Below are positions 37,421 through 50,079 of a stretch of DNA of 64,000 nt, in pieces. The notes beneath the pieces were generated by a model. That model ran no database searches, was not told the origin of the DNA, and saw nothing but the letters and a program-made list of their open reading frames with translations. The translations under genes were made by a program, and so were the position numbers. Position 1 is the stretch's first letter. Each line of letters begins with the position of its first letter. The DNA comes from the human T2T-CHM13v2.0 reference genome, Homo sapiens: assembly GCF_009914755.1 (NCBI RefSeq), contig NC_060941.1, one strand, 5' to 3'.

Positions 37421-39139
37421 CTCCATGGCTGCTACCTGCGTTTTACATCACCCTTACCCCCATCCTGCCCCACTGTGTACCCACTCATTTTCAAGCGTTT
37501 TGAATGTTATAAATACAAAGGTTACAAGTTCAAGGTCCTCTTTTTTTGGAACAGAGTGGTGGGTGGAGGCCAGAGTTGCCAGTGCCATTCCCACTTCAGC
37601 CTAGAAAGGGCATGGGGGAGTTGTGTCAACATGGAATACGACATACAGTGACTCAAACATGCCGCCCTGTTGGTGGCACCTATGACTGAAGCTGGCCATC
37701 CCAAAGAGAGACCCTCTGTTCTGCAGCTGGTTCTGTAATCTGACCCCTAGTTTAGGGCTCTTTCATGAATTTGTGATTGATGAAGAGAAGTTCTATAAAT
37801 GAAAATAAGATTAGCATCATTTCTCCCTCCATTCCAAACCTTAAGAAGAGTTTGAGGGAAAGACACCAGGTTGTGTCTCTAGGGCACGGGGTCAGGTGGG
37901 CTTGACCTTGGTTCCCTGTCAGCTAAACTAGGTCATTCCAAAGTGCAGAATTCTCAGGGCTCACCTTATCCAATTTATCCATCAGTACTTATCTGATTAA
38001 ATAGGCCTTGACAGGCCTTTTTTTCTTCGTATAGTGCTGTGTGGAGACCACCAGAAACAAAAGTGGAGAATTCTCTTTCAGCTCTACCTTGCAAAGATAG
38101 AATAGGACAGAAAGTAGCCCTTCCTGTATACTCAGCTCCCATCCAAGCATGAAAATGATCCATAGATTTTTACAGGGGTCAAGGAGATGGCTAAGCAAAG
38201 TGAAAGCCTGAATTACAGATAAGACAGGGGAGGGAGAGAGACATGGGCAGAAATATATTTCCTTTACAATTCTAAGTTAAGCAAAGTAAGTCCATGGGGG
38301 CTGTGTCTCTGAAAATCATAGTGGATCAGCTCCAGATTCTTTGGTGATGAAATTGTCATTGAACCAGAAAGTGCCCTGCAGATATGGTCAGTCAGCAATG
38401 GGCTCCTCACAACCCCACAGGCTTATCCACTCACCCTACATCATAGATCAAGGGGCAGATTGTCCAGGGCTAGGGTGGCTGCCTTTCCCTTTCAACCTAC
38501 CTCTCCTTAGGTCAAATTTGCCTCAAAATCATCTGGCCCAATTGGCATCAGGGAAAATATGCTCAGAAGCCTTTACAAGTGGTTAATTCCAAGGATGTGC
38601 TAAAAACATCTGGAAATCTTGCTTTGGTCTCATTACCTCCTATCTGAATTTCTCACAGGAATCCAAATTAGACAAATCACACTGCATATTCAGAAAAGGC
38701 ACAAGTTTCCTCATCTCCTGGAGCCAAGACCCATTCACTTCACTGACATTCTAAATGATCCTTTTCTGCTTCACAGGCATTTCAGTTAAATATTGCTCTT
38801 TATGGCCCTATCCTTGTCCACAGAGTTCTACCATTCCTCCTCATGGGAGTTCATACAAAGTCCCCTGTTCACAATGTTATTCTGATCCCTTCCATTTTAA
38901 AAACATTTGATTTAAACATAAATAATTACCCTGCTGCAAAGGTACAGATTTGGCCCATGGCCTATGGTCATTAGAAAACTAAAGCCCAGAGCTCAGACTT
39001 TATTTTTTTAAGAGATTTTATACTCAATGAAACCCTCAAAGAATCTTGATCAGAATCACTACAGCTCCTTTTTCATGACTGGGAGGATTTTAAAATGCAA
39101 TTTTCTTCTGTCTAAGTGAATTCTATGTGCATGGAGAGT

Positions 39140-39275
39140 GTTAGAACTAGACGGGCCCATAAAATTTATCTAAGTCCGTGGGTTTGCAGGTAGGGCAATT
39201 AAGACCCAGAGAGGTTAAGTAACATGCTCAAGGTCACGGAGCTGGTTTAGTCTCAGAGTTAGGGTCAGAACTAGA
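39140..39275 (-). mobile_element. MIR SINE within the 3' UTR
   Basis: aagacccagagaggttaagtaacatgctcaaggtcacggagctgg. Confidence 0.72.
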
Positions 39276-39970
39276 ATTATTCCCTTTATAGCAGGCCGTC
39301 CCATTGGGAATTGGTCCACACCTAGTTACCTCTTGATTGTTATCTACAGGGAATCTCCTATTTTGTAGATCATCTACCTACTTCTGATTTCAAATTCAAC
39401 CTTTACCTAACAAGTTTCCAATATTACAGAGCTGCTTGTTGCCAAGGAATACAGACTTCATGTAATACACATCTAAGTTAACTTAATTAAACAGCAAATT
39501 TGGGAAAAACATCATTTCAAATTATGCCTCTTAGTTAATAACAAGAATGGCAGAGTCATTTGCACTCAGTTTCTACTTATTTCTAATTATAAAATGGATT
39601 ACTTTGTTCAATGAGTTTGTGAGATGAGATTCTAGGATTGTGAAAAACTAAGAATCCAAGGTATTTCCTGATCCTGATCATTCTGGTGGCATAGGAGGAA
39701 GTTTGTGACTGAATCAGGTGGGAGGCATTCAACAAACAGGAGAGGCAGAAACTGACCCACCCTTCTGACCCCTCATTTGGTCAGTAAGTTCTGGCATACT
39801 GGACCAAAACTGCATTAATTTTAAACCTGCTATTTTATATTGGGGACATAAGGTTACTTTTTCATCTTCTGTGAGGAAAGAAGGCATGCCCACAAAAAGA
39901 ATAATGCATGTTACATTTTAATGGGCATAGTTAAATCAATTGAAAATGCATTTTCTTAGCAACATTCTTA

Positions 39971-39976
39971 AATAAA
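39971..39976 (+). terminator. Candidate proximal poly(A) signal AATAAA
   Basis: Hexamer followed by GT-rich gtgggtatgttgtagcttt. Confidence 0.35.
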
Positions 39977-41168
39977 AGTGGGTATGTTGTAGCTTCCATA
40001 ATTAGCTATTATTCAGGTAGGTTTCCCCATACCTTCACTTTGCAATATTTTGTGAGCCCAGTTTAAATTAATACATTCTTGTGAGAGACAACTGTGTTCT
40101 CTAATTCACAGTCCTTTATTCATTTGGCCGACCTTCTACTTACAGAGACTTTACAATGTCTGAGGATATTTTGTTTTATTTTATTGTTTTTGTTTTGTTT
40201 AATTTTGGATACAATGGATTTTTGTCTTTCACTCTTTTTTTAATCCAATATGAGAGCCTCTGAAGGAAACTGTCCCAGGTCTTCTTTTCCAGGGTTTTCT
40301 AACATGCTTGATCAGCTTTCATCATTTGTGAAAATCCTCAAAAATCCTTGACTGAGGTTCTCCCATATGTCTATCTCAATTCTAAGTCCCATTGAGATCC
40401 AAAGAATCAAGTGTGAAACATAGTCCTAGGCCACAAGAAGCTCACAATCTGATCTAAGAATGTAGCCATACATTCACCATACATCTTCTCAACAATCTCT
40501 TAGAAGAGGCAGGAGCCTGTCTCCTCAGCCAGGCAGACATAGTGCATGTTGGGCTACATCTTTGATTTCTTCTTGCTGTACAGACTCCTGAGGGAGTACA
40601 ACCTGGAAAATGCAAGTCATGGAAGTATATGTTTGGCAACTACTTAACAAAGCTAAAACATCCTCTTAATTGGCGAGGGTGCCTGGGAGACAGTAATTAA
40701 AAACATTCACTCCAGGGAATGAGTATTTTAAGAAGTAGGTACTTAAAGATGAGAGCCATTCCCTTTAAAGAACATTCACTAATGCTCGAAGCAATAATTA
40801 CACTGGAGAAATTGTTTCATTTGGTTTGAAAATTGAAGCAAGTTAGTAATAATATTTCGCCAGTCCTCTTTCCTGAAGGATCCCAAAGCACTTTATGAAA
40901 AGCAATGACTGAAGCCTTGTTGTACTCCCCTAAAGAAACCTTGTCCAGGAGCCACCTGGCAAACACCTACTGTGTCCTTGCCAGGAGATCATGCCAGAGA
41001 AGTGGAAAAGAGGACTGGACCCTCGTTCATTGTTATCCTGCCACACAAATGTGCGCCCTGGTGAGTTTGGAGCTCTTCCCTTGAAGATAACTCTGTTAGA
41101 CGAGGAGGCATCCCAGAAAATACCTGCTTGGCCTCCTCTGGTTCTTCATCCTGCAACCAAGATGTACT

Positions 41169-41224
41169 TACCTTCTCTTGGAGAACTCACTTAACAGCTT
41201 AAGTGAGTTCTCCAAGAGAAGGTA
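41169..41224. repeat. Perfect 26-bp inverted repeat, 4-nt loop
   Basis: taccttctcttggagaactcacttaa-cagc-ttaagtgagttctccaagagaaggta. Confidence 0.97.
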
Positions 41225-42383
41225 TGTCTGCAACGCATTTAAGTTGCCTAGTTATGTCAACAAGACACAGAATTCACTGGCTTCTGAAAATGTACACATG
41301 TTAGGAAGGTGATGACATTTTTCTACAGCTCTCTCAACTTCGTATGTAGCAGAGCTACAGCAAAGAGTGTGTATTTCTTGGTATATGTGCTTATTAAGCT
41401 ATCACATACCAATTAGAGAAGGTAGCTGTAGATTAACAAAGGAACACTCTCTGAGAATTTAAACTGTTGCATGGTCACTTTACAAAGTCTAAATATTTTT
41501 CCAGATGATTTAATGAAGCAAACCTGGACTTTTTTCTTCAAGGTCGTATCTTCAAGGAAATTTTTAAAATAGCTATTTGGAAAGCAATGGTATCTCTTCA
41601 TAGGTAATAGGGTGAGCAAGGAAAAAAACTGTTTTCTTTGCTGGTCACCTCTCATAAGATGTTCAAACACATGGCTTATGACTGTTAAGCTAAACTTCAA
41701 TGCGGCCTTACAAACAACAAGGGTAGTGTATTTGAAACCATGTTGTACCACTTGGAAACTTATTCTAAGATCTTAATTCAGACTTTTTCTGAGGTGTTGA
41801 ACTTTGCCATTAGCAAAAAGTATTTTTAGAAAAATCCATTGACTGTTTATGAAGCACTGATTTTGCCATATTTCGGGTCTCTGCTTTTTCCACTGCATCT
41901 GCACACAGTAGTTATATTTGTTTTTTCAATTATTTCTTCTATTTCCACTAATAATGACTTTGTAAAACAGTTATTCAAAAGGATGGTTGGCTTTGTTTAA
42001 CAATTGGATAGGTGGGCTGTGAAAAATATTCTATTGTGATAAAGGAAGTAGATTTGTTGTTGTTTTAAATATTATCATAGGGTCTTTCTCCTACAGATTT
42101 TTTTTTATTTTAGCAAAAGCCAATGTTTAACTTAGTGGCAAAGGTTACGAAGCTATTAGTTAAGGCTCTTTGCTCCTCTTCCTGCAGTCCATGCCATGAA
42201 AGTCTGAATATACTTTCACAGTAATCACCCTCCAGTGACTGATTTTCAAAAGCCAAGTGTGGCAAATTATAGTAAGTCACTCTGAGTCGCTGTATTGCCT
42301 CTTGCCTTGTGAAAATCAGATGTTTGGGGGTATCCATGTATGTGACCACAAGCATCAGTTTGATGTTTGTGATTTTTAAAAAA

Positions 42384-42416
42384 GTGTGTGTGTGTGTGTG
42401 TGTGTGTGCGTGTGTG
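42384..42416 (+). repeat. (GT)n microsatellite in the 3' UTR
   Basis: Direct reading. Confidence 0.95.
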
Positions 42417-43120
42417 GTGGTGTCAGAGAGATGTTTCATAGAAAAAGTAATTTAAGTGACATTCTCATTTGGCAGTATTTAATTGCTTCCTTCCTAATGT
42501 GTACATAGCAATCTGGCTGATTATTGGTTGTTACTTGTTCAGAATTTATTGTGTCTTATTGCTATGTATGCAACTGAGTGTATGTTAAAGTTTAGACTTC
42601 AGTACGCTATCTGCACAATTTTGTGTGCTTTAAACCTCTGTAAACATGCAGATGAATCATGTATGGTGTGTTAAATGTGACTTCCACTCTTGAAACAATA
42701 ATTTTTTTGTATGTACATTTGAAAACTATTTGAACAATCTAAATGTGTACTGTAAATGTCCAGTACCCTCAATCAAAAACAGCACTGGTAAAATGTATGC
42801 CTCTTCAACCTACCAATTTATAAGAGGTCAGGGATAAATGAGAATTAAGTTAATTTTTCTAATGGCAAGTATTTTTGGTAATTTCTTACCTGCCTAAGTG
42901 TATTTTCAAGAAAAATTGTCGACAGAAGAAATCTAAGCTATCAGAGGGAATGACTTTATTTCATAAGCATTAATTATACTTTATGTCTTACCTAATATTG
43001 TTGATATCTAAGTCAAGCATGAAGTCAAAAAATATTTTTTATTCTTCATTAGATTTTTTGCTGTTTAAGGGACAGTTTCCAAGCCCATTTGTCTTAAGTG
43101 TGGAAAAATGTTGATTCAAT

Positions 43121-43126
43121 AATAAA
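43121..43126 (+). terminator. Probable distal poly(A) signal AATAAA
   Basis: Canonical hexamer at the end of a U-rich UTR-like tract, with T-rich element (tgctttttcatgtc) ~35 nt downstream. Confidence 0.65.
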
Positions 43127-45445
43127 CAAATAGAATTCTTAATACTTGGCTTACTTAATGCTTTTTCATGTCATGAAAAAGACACAAATTTTTCATCCTG
43201 AGCTTTTAAAATCTCCTCACTGAAACTTTGGAAGAATTATCATTTGTGGCATTGCTTTGGCAATTATCAGCAAAGTCTGACCAGCTGGCTCTTGATTAAT
43301 CTGTACCATTCAAGTTATTTCTCTTTCATAATTGGTTATTGCCAAGAATTGAAAATACAGCAGCAGGTTGCCACAGCAAATACTCTCACCAAGTTGCACC
43401 CAGGAGCTTGGCCATGATAATCTCGCGTCTTCCTCCACTGCATGCACGTTTAAATGTCTTTGGTGCATTGCTGCATGCGCTATCCCATCTCAATTTCTCC
43501 ATCCCTTCTATTTCCACACCCATGAAGCTCCTTCTACCCCCACTCCCGCTGGCTGAGATCTGAGATTTCTTCTGTGTTTGAGAACACTACAAAGAGATTG
43601 CTTCCACCCTAGGAACCTGTACAAAGTTTCCCCTGAATTCCCAAGGGTGGGAAATGTGCTGCTTTGGACCACATTTGTCTTATGCTGTTTTACAGAATTC
43701 TTTTACACACAGACGAATTCAACTCTTTATTGGCATGTTTGTGGTCGGCTTTCTTGACAGTCTCAGAGGGCTGTTTTGTTGTCCTGGCCAAATATGCTGT
43801 TTTCCCTCTGTAAATTGTCATCTTTCTAAGCAAACCATTACTTTATTTTCCTAATTCTTTCTCTAAATAAAAGTTTACCTTCTTTTTCAAACCAAACAGA
43901 TGACATTCTTCTCTAGTATCCCCTGTCTTCTATGAGCACTCTTGGGGTGGTATTGGAGTAGGGACAGAATGAGGTAAAGAGTAAGAGGAGCCTTTTCAAA
44001 TGTAACCTGCTAAGTAAGAAGTATGCCTTCAGTGAATGCCTAACCCTTTCGATAAGTTATGCCAAGCAATATGCAGTATTTCCGTTTGCCAACAAGAAAT
44101 CACTCCTTCTTCTCTATAATAAAAACAAATCATTTTAGGGAAGTAAGCAAGTTTAAACCAACAGTTTCTTATCAATTTAAAGTGACTCCTAGACAGGAGA
44201 AAAACATTCATAAGAAAATTATCTTACCTGATATTATCATAATATCAAGCAAGTTAGATCTTTGCAATGATTTTTTGACTATGCAAATGCATTTCCTCTT
44301 CAGGTAGCATGTGGCATTCCCGTCTTTACATGATGCTCCTTCTAGTGGCCTGTCCTGTCAAACGTTGCATTAAGATATTTTGCCAAAGAAAATACTAGTG
44401 TTAGATACTGACTACAGGAATTCAGGTACCAGTTCCATACTAGACTAGATCCGATGCTCTAAGAGAAAAACAACTGGCTGCTTTGTTACCCGTCACCCCA
44501 CCCCAGCACATTTTATAGCACCTGACATAAATATCTGTTAAATGGGTAATAAACCGATGACCACCAGAAATTGTAGAGCGCGCACTTAAAATCAGGTTAA
44601 ATCCCATACCTTGCTTAATTTCTCCATAAAGAATGGACATTAAGACTTTTTCACATGCCTACCAGCCTGCAACTCTCTAAAGTGGCTCAGATGAAGCTCA
44701 ATTTGTCCCCTCAGGGTACCTTGAAAGTATTTCTCTATGATTTCCTGAAAACTTGCACCACTTACCCCACACATCACCTCCAGAGAACCTTGATTGGGTG
44801 GGAATGTACCGTCCAATCTGGAGCTGGCCCACCTGATGGAAGCCAAGGGTCTGAGGAGAAACCTGCCCTTTCTTGTGGTGCAAGATGCACCTCCAGATGG
44901 CCAGCAGTTTTCAGAGTGTCATGATATCTTGCCCAGTGATTGGGTACCACTGAATTGACATGCAGATCACTCAGCTCAGCCACACCCACTAAATACCCAG
45001 AAAACCTGCAAAAGTCTCGTCCTCGTGCCCAGTATGGCTGCTTTTGCACACACCATTTTCCTCATCCAGCTTTAATAACTGCAATTTTCTATATGTTTAG
45101 AAAACACTTTTCACAAGCACCATCCTTTCTGAGCCTAACAAATAGCCCTGTGAGATTATCAGGACAAGAACGTATATCTCTGCTTTACAAATAAAAAGAG
45201 TGAGGCTCAGTAGAGTGAAAACTAGGGCCCAGGACTCCTCACTTTCCAGAGTGCCACGTGCCATTGAGTTAGGTCCTTTGAGAAAAAAAAAAAAAAAAAA
45301 AATTAAAAAGGCCACTGGAAGCTGTCTCTGTGGAAGACACCCTGAACAGCCAGACATGCGAGCGACATTTACACAGACACAGATAACGATGGCAAATGAA
45401 GCCAAACAAGACAACAAAGCACACAAACCCTTTCCCCCAAGGCAA

Positions 45446-45506
45446 AGTCAGGCACTCTGTGACTGCAATCAAGACACTTTTTCTTGCAGTCACAGAGGGC
45501 CTGACT
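45446..45506. repeat. 23-bp inverted repeat (1 mismatch), 15-nt loop
   Basis: agtcaggcactctgtgactgcaa ... ttgcagtcacagagggcctgact. Confidence 0.95.
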
Positions 45507-46091
45507 CTGAGCTAGAACCTGGGCCTCATGGGAAAGAGTTGTGTGTTTTTCCTCTCTGAACTTACAGATAAAGGCGTTTATAAAATGTGTAAGCTCTATT
45601 TCAGCTTTGAAATTCCATGAATTTACACTCACATTGATTACCTATCAGAGATAAGCAGGGATTCTCAGAATGTTTCTATTTTCGGGATGCGTTTTGTGTT
45701 ATTGTTGTTTTTTGGGGGTGCATAGGTTGTGGGAGCTACGTAGATGACATTGAATCTATTATAGAGAAAGAAACTGTGGGAAGTCCATGCTCAGTGTCCC
45801 CAGTATTCCCCTGCCCTGCAAGAAATCTTTCATCGCAGAAAGATTTAGATCAGGCTTCTGCCTCACCTGACCCCCGTCTCTCTCAGAAAACAATTTCACC
45901 TATTTCAGTTCCCCTCTCCTTGCTGTCCAAGTCACTGGGATCACAGTGGTTATGGTCTGGAATATCCCTTGGACCTTCCCCAGCATCTAATCTGACACCA
46001 GCACCGCCCACCAGCTGTTCTCTTAGATTTTGCCTGATCGCTGCTGTAAGATCACTTCCCTGGAGTGTCCCAGAAAGGGTCAAGGCATTGC

Positions 46092-46110
46092 ACAACTCCA
46101 GGGGGCACTA
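46092..46110 (+). promoter_or_regulatory. Candidate CTCF site
   Basis: acaactccagggggcacta versus consensus TGGCCACCAGGGGGCGCTA; core CCAGGGGGCRCTA intact. Confidence 0.5.
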
Positions 46111-46844
46111 TTATTAAGTGTGGAATGTGCTCTATTAGCCACTTCCCAGAACCCAGGCATGAAGCAAGCTGGCCCTTTGCCAGACAGCAAGCCTGAATTG
46201 GGCATCTCCTTTGGGGTCAAGGGGAAGATGAGAGCCTGGTATAGAACAAGGCACCGGGCCCCACTTTATGAAGGATGTTTATCAGCCCACAGTGGGTCTG
46301 TTTAGCAGCTCAATGTTGGACACACATCTGACTCTTCCAAGTTTGGGCCAACTTGAGCACCAGCTTGGACTTTGCTTGGGCCATTTTGGCTTGGCTAGAT
46401 CCAAGTGTCAGGCATTGTTCTCCCTCTGCCCTCAGCAGAGTCTGTGAAGTCAGGACATCATCATTCTCTGACAAACATTCAGTACATTTCCCTGGGTCCC
46501 AGGAGGCCTGATATTGAAATGTTTTCCTCTCCATAGTTATATTTTCCTTGGTTGAAAGAGTTTTGTTTTGGAAGTTGCTACCCTGTCGAGGTAATGAGTC
46601 AGTTTGGGAGGCCGGTGCAGAGGGGAAAATGCACATCATTGGCAGAGGCCAGAAGGATGGGGGTGAGGGAAGATGGGAGATTCCCAGTGGGGGAGAAAGA
46701 CCACACCCTCTTCCCCCTTCCACCCTTTTAGGAAGAACATAGCCCCTCCTTACCAGCTGAGGGCTTCCTCACGGGGACCAGGAGCCAGGCCCAACTGCTG
46801 CCTTAGGACTTGATCCTGGGAGAAATAGGCAAGCAGAAAAGGAG

Positions 46845-47065
46845 CTAACATTTATGGGTCATCTTTTGAGTACCATTTAATCTTCTACCTTATACTTTTT
46901 GTGAAAAGCAACAGCATTATCATCCACATTTTACAGACTGAGAAACTGAGGCTCAAAGGAAGCAAAACTGCATGCCCAGCATCACACAACCAGCAACTGG
47001 CAGAGCCAAGCCTGGAATTCAAGTTTAATATAGGAGTCCAATGCCCATTCTACTACGTGGTCTCT
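46845..47065 (-). mobile_element. MIR SINE
   Basis: cattttacagactgagaaactgaggctcaaagg core. Confidence 0.82.
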
Positions 47066-48274
47066 CTGCAGGATTCAGGCCTACGCAGAAAAGCAGACCC
47101 AAGAAACTTGGGGATAAGAAGACCCCGTTGAGGGACAGCTGAAATTATCTGACTCCTGGCAGGGAAAGCACTGTTGGCAGAGGGAGAAGAGGAGGTTTAT
47201 GGACTTAGGCCACCCTTTTTCTTTGCCTCTAATTGCTCCTCTCCTCAACTTTTCCATCCATACATTTTCTTCACATGGAGAGAAAAGTCATAGAGATACA
47301 AAAAACACACGTAAACGCACAAACACACGCAGATCTCTCACACACAACACAAGTACACACGTCCATACAAGCACAGAGGCACACACATCTGGAGGTAAAT
47401 CTCAGGATTCAAGGGTTGGCCTCATGCCAGCCCTGAGCCCCGAGTAGCCCACTGAGGAGCCCTGGTCTGCCTCACTTTGGGAGGTCAAATCAATGAAAGA
47501 GCCCTGGTAGTTGAAAAAAGAGAAAGGGAGAAAGAAAGAACACCAGCACCTCTCATGATGGGAGGTCAGAGCGAATGAAACCAGGAGAAGGGGGTGGGGG
47601 GCAGGGTGAGAGCAGGGGGGTGGGGAGCCTGGGGCTGGCAGCTGAATTCCTACCCTGGCCCAGCTCCAAAAGATTAAAATAGAGCTCTTAGAGTGTCCCC
47701 TCCACAGACCAGCCTGCCAGGGGCCAGACAATACGTGGGTTTGTGCTCCAGCACAGGCCTCCAGAGAGGTGATGTTTTTACCCGGACGGCGAAAGGCACA
47801 GAGGCAGGTCTAAGCCATTCCAAGCCTCCTTCGGCTGGCAGTCCCAGAACAGGCCACAGCACAGGGAGAGCTGCCGGCTGCTAGGGCGCACACAGATTTA
47901 CCCTTTTCTCTTCTCACCCTGGGGCAGGCCACTGGACTCCTACTTCTTCATTTTATCTACCCTGAAACACCCAACTGGCAGGGCTATGTGGGACAAGGTC
48001 TTAGCAGATTCGTTATACTCTAATTGCGAAAGAAAAAAAAAAAAGCATGCCTGTAAACAGCCAGCCCTACCCATGAGGGATGGACAAGGCGTCCCTCGGG
48101 ATTATCTGAAATACTCAGATGAGTACAAACACTTCATTTTCTCAACCAAGGAACACGGCTTCCCCAGAAGGAAGCCCTGCTGGCCACTTGAGGTTACATC
48201 TTGGAATTCTTGAGGGTTTCAGGTGGCTAGGTAGGTCTCAAGTCCAACATCTCTGACCAGTATATCAGCTAAAC

Positions 48275-48480
48275 ACACAGGCTCTGGAGTTTGCCAGACG
48301 GGGGTTCTACTCCTGACTCTGTCCCTTAATAGCATTTTGAACATGGGCAGGTTACTTAACCTTTCTGGGACTTAGGTTCTTTGTCTCTGACAGCACCTAC
48401 TTATGGTCTTAAGGGCTAAATGATCAAAATGTATGGAAAGTGATCAAACCAATGCCTGGTGTGTCACTGGCAAATGTTAG
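48275..48480 (+). mobile_element. MIR SINE
   Basis: caggctctggag...catgggcaggttacttaacctttctg. Confidence 0.7.
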
Positions 48481-50079
48481 CCAGAAAGAAAGATTGTTCC
48501 ATCCTGCCAGGTCCCTTATAAAGGGGGAGAAAATAAAATTTATCAATCAGACTTTTGATAGTGAGAATGGGTGCTACCTGGGCAGAATCCTGGGACACTG
48601 GCTTACCAGGGACTACCTGGGAAAACTGGGACATAGGATCCCCTTCTTTTATAGCCTTTCAAAAAGTTCCTATTTAACACTCCATCAAGGTAATCTCTTC
48701 TAAAATGGCCCTAAAGTTTACTCTATTGCATAAAGCCCATTAAAAGCCACAGTCTTTTATAGTATGCCATATCTATATATAAAATTCTTATTTAACATAT
48801 AATCATATGTTATAATATAATATGGTAAATGATATTATGAATACAGGACTTAAAATTGAGAAAATTCTGTCATCTTAATTTTTTCTGTTAATTGGAAAAA
48901 AATAGCTGTTATTCCATTTTAATGGAAAAGCCCCTTCTTTCATCTCACAGAACATTAATATTCTACAAAAGCAAAATTAAAGAATCAAGAATAGTCCCTA
49001 GGGAAGTGAGAGATGGAGGACAACTCTCATGATCATGACATATTTTCTTTAAACAGTTTTAATTATTCACGTATGAAGATCAAGACATAAGATGCCCAAC
49101 TGTCCAATGTGCCTAGCATTGAGGACATTGGACTTTCAGTTTTAAAACCAGAATGGTCCTGGGCACACCAAGGAACTGGTTGCCTCAATGAAAGAAGAAA
49201 ACACCTGAAAAGTATACAAGGATTCCTTAGCACGAAACCAGCAAACAGCCTCAATCTATCAGCAATCATCTTTAGACCCATTACCAAAACCAGACAGCTC
49301 CCCAAAAGAAAGTAATCCTGGTCAGCCAGGTGATTTAAGAACTTTCAAATGCGGAAAATGCTTGAACAGCATTTTGTGTGTGACTGTTTTGAAATACACT
49401 CTTACTCTTAAGCCTCTGGTTCCTTCCACTCAACCTGGCCATCCCCTCTGTGGTCCCTGGATGCCTCTGGAATGTGCCTTCCTGGGTCTCTGGAAGACCC
49501 CTCCAACATAAGGTCTTGGTGACCTTTTTCTAATTTTATGTTTTTGTTTGTCTGTTTGCTTGCTGGCTGGCTTGTTTAAAAAGAATAGCACCTTCCTCTG
49601 GAGTGTTTTGCTAGCATTAAGTAAATTTAAAACACATGGGAAAGGCCGTATGGTTTACAATGTAATCTTGCTCTTCATTCTCACTACGTATAAGGTGGGC
49701 AGTGTCATTGTGCCCATTTTTTTTAATGAAGATACCAACTCTAAGAGAATATAGCCAGTAGGAATAAAAAAAAACAGAAAATTCAGATGCAGGTCTTCTG
49801 ACTTTAAATCCTATACCATGCCTCAATATTAAAACCCGTTTATTTTATTTAACATGGAGTGATATTTAGATATGGTTAGTCCTTGCATTTCAGCTGAGTC
49901 ATTTAAAACACACACAAACACACACATATACACACACTCACCAACACATATAGACCAATCTCAAAACTGCATCCAAATAAACTAACCCACCTCACTCCCC
50001 GACCCAAACAGTGAACAGATGCATTTTCCTGGATTTTACTTCAGACAAATAGTCACTTTGAAAAGTAAAACGCTGCATA

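Larger units (their letters stand above)
37396..43148 (+). other. ANKFN1: Long 3' UTR of ANKFN1 (about 5.7 kb)
   Basis: Follows the stop; largely repeat-free; U-rich distal part ending at AATAAA 43121; end point inferred. Confidence 0.65.

Noticed and set aside
36986-37604. Antisense 97-aa and alternative-frame 110-aa ORFs over exon F
   Set aside because: Expected by-product of stop-poor GC-rich coding sequence
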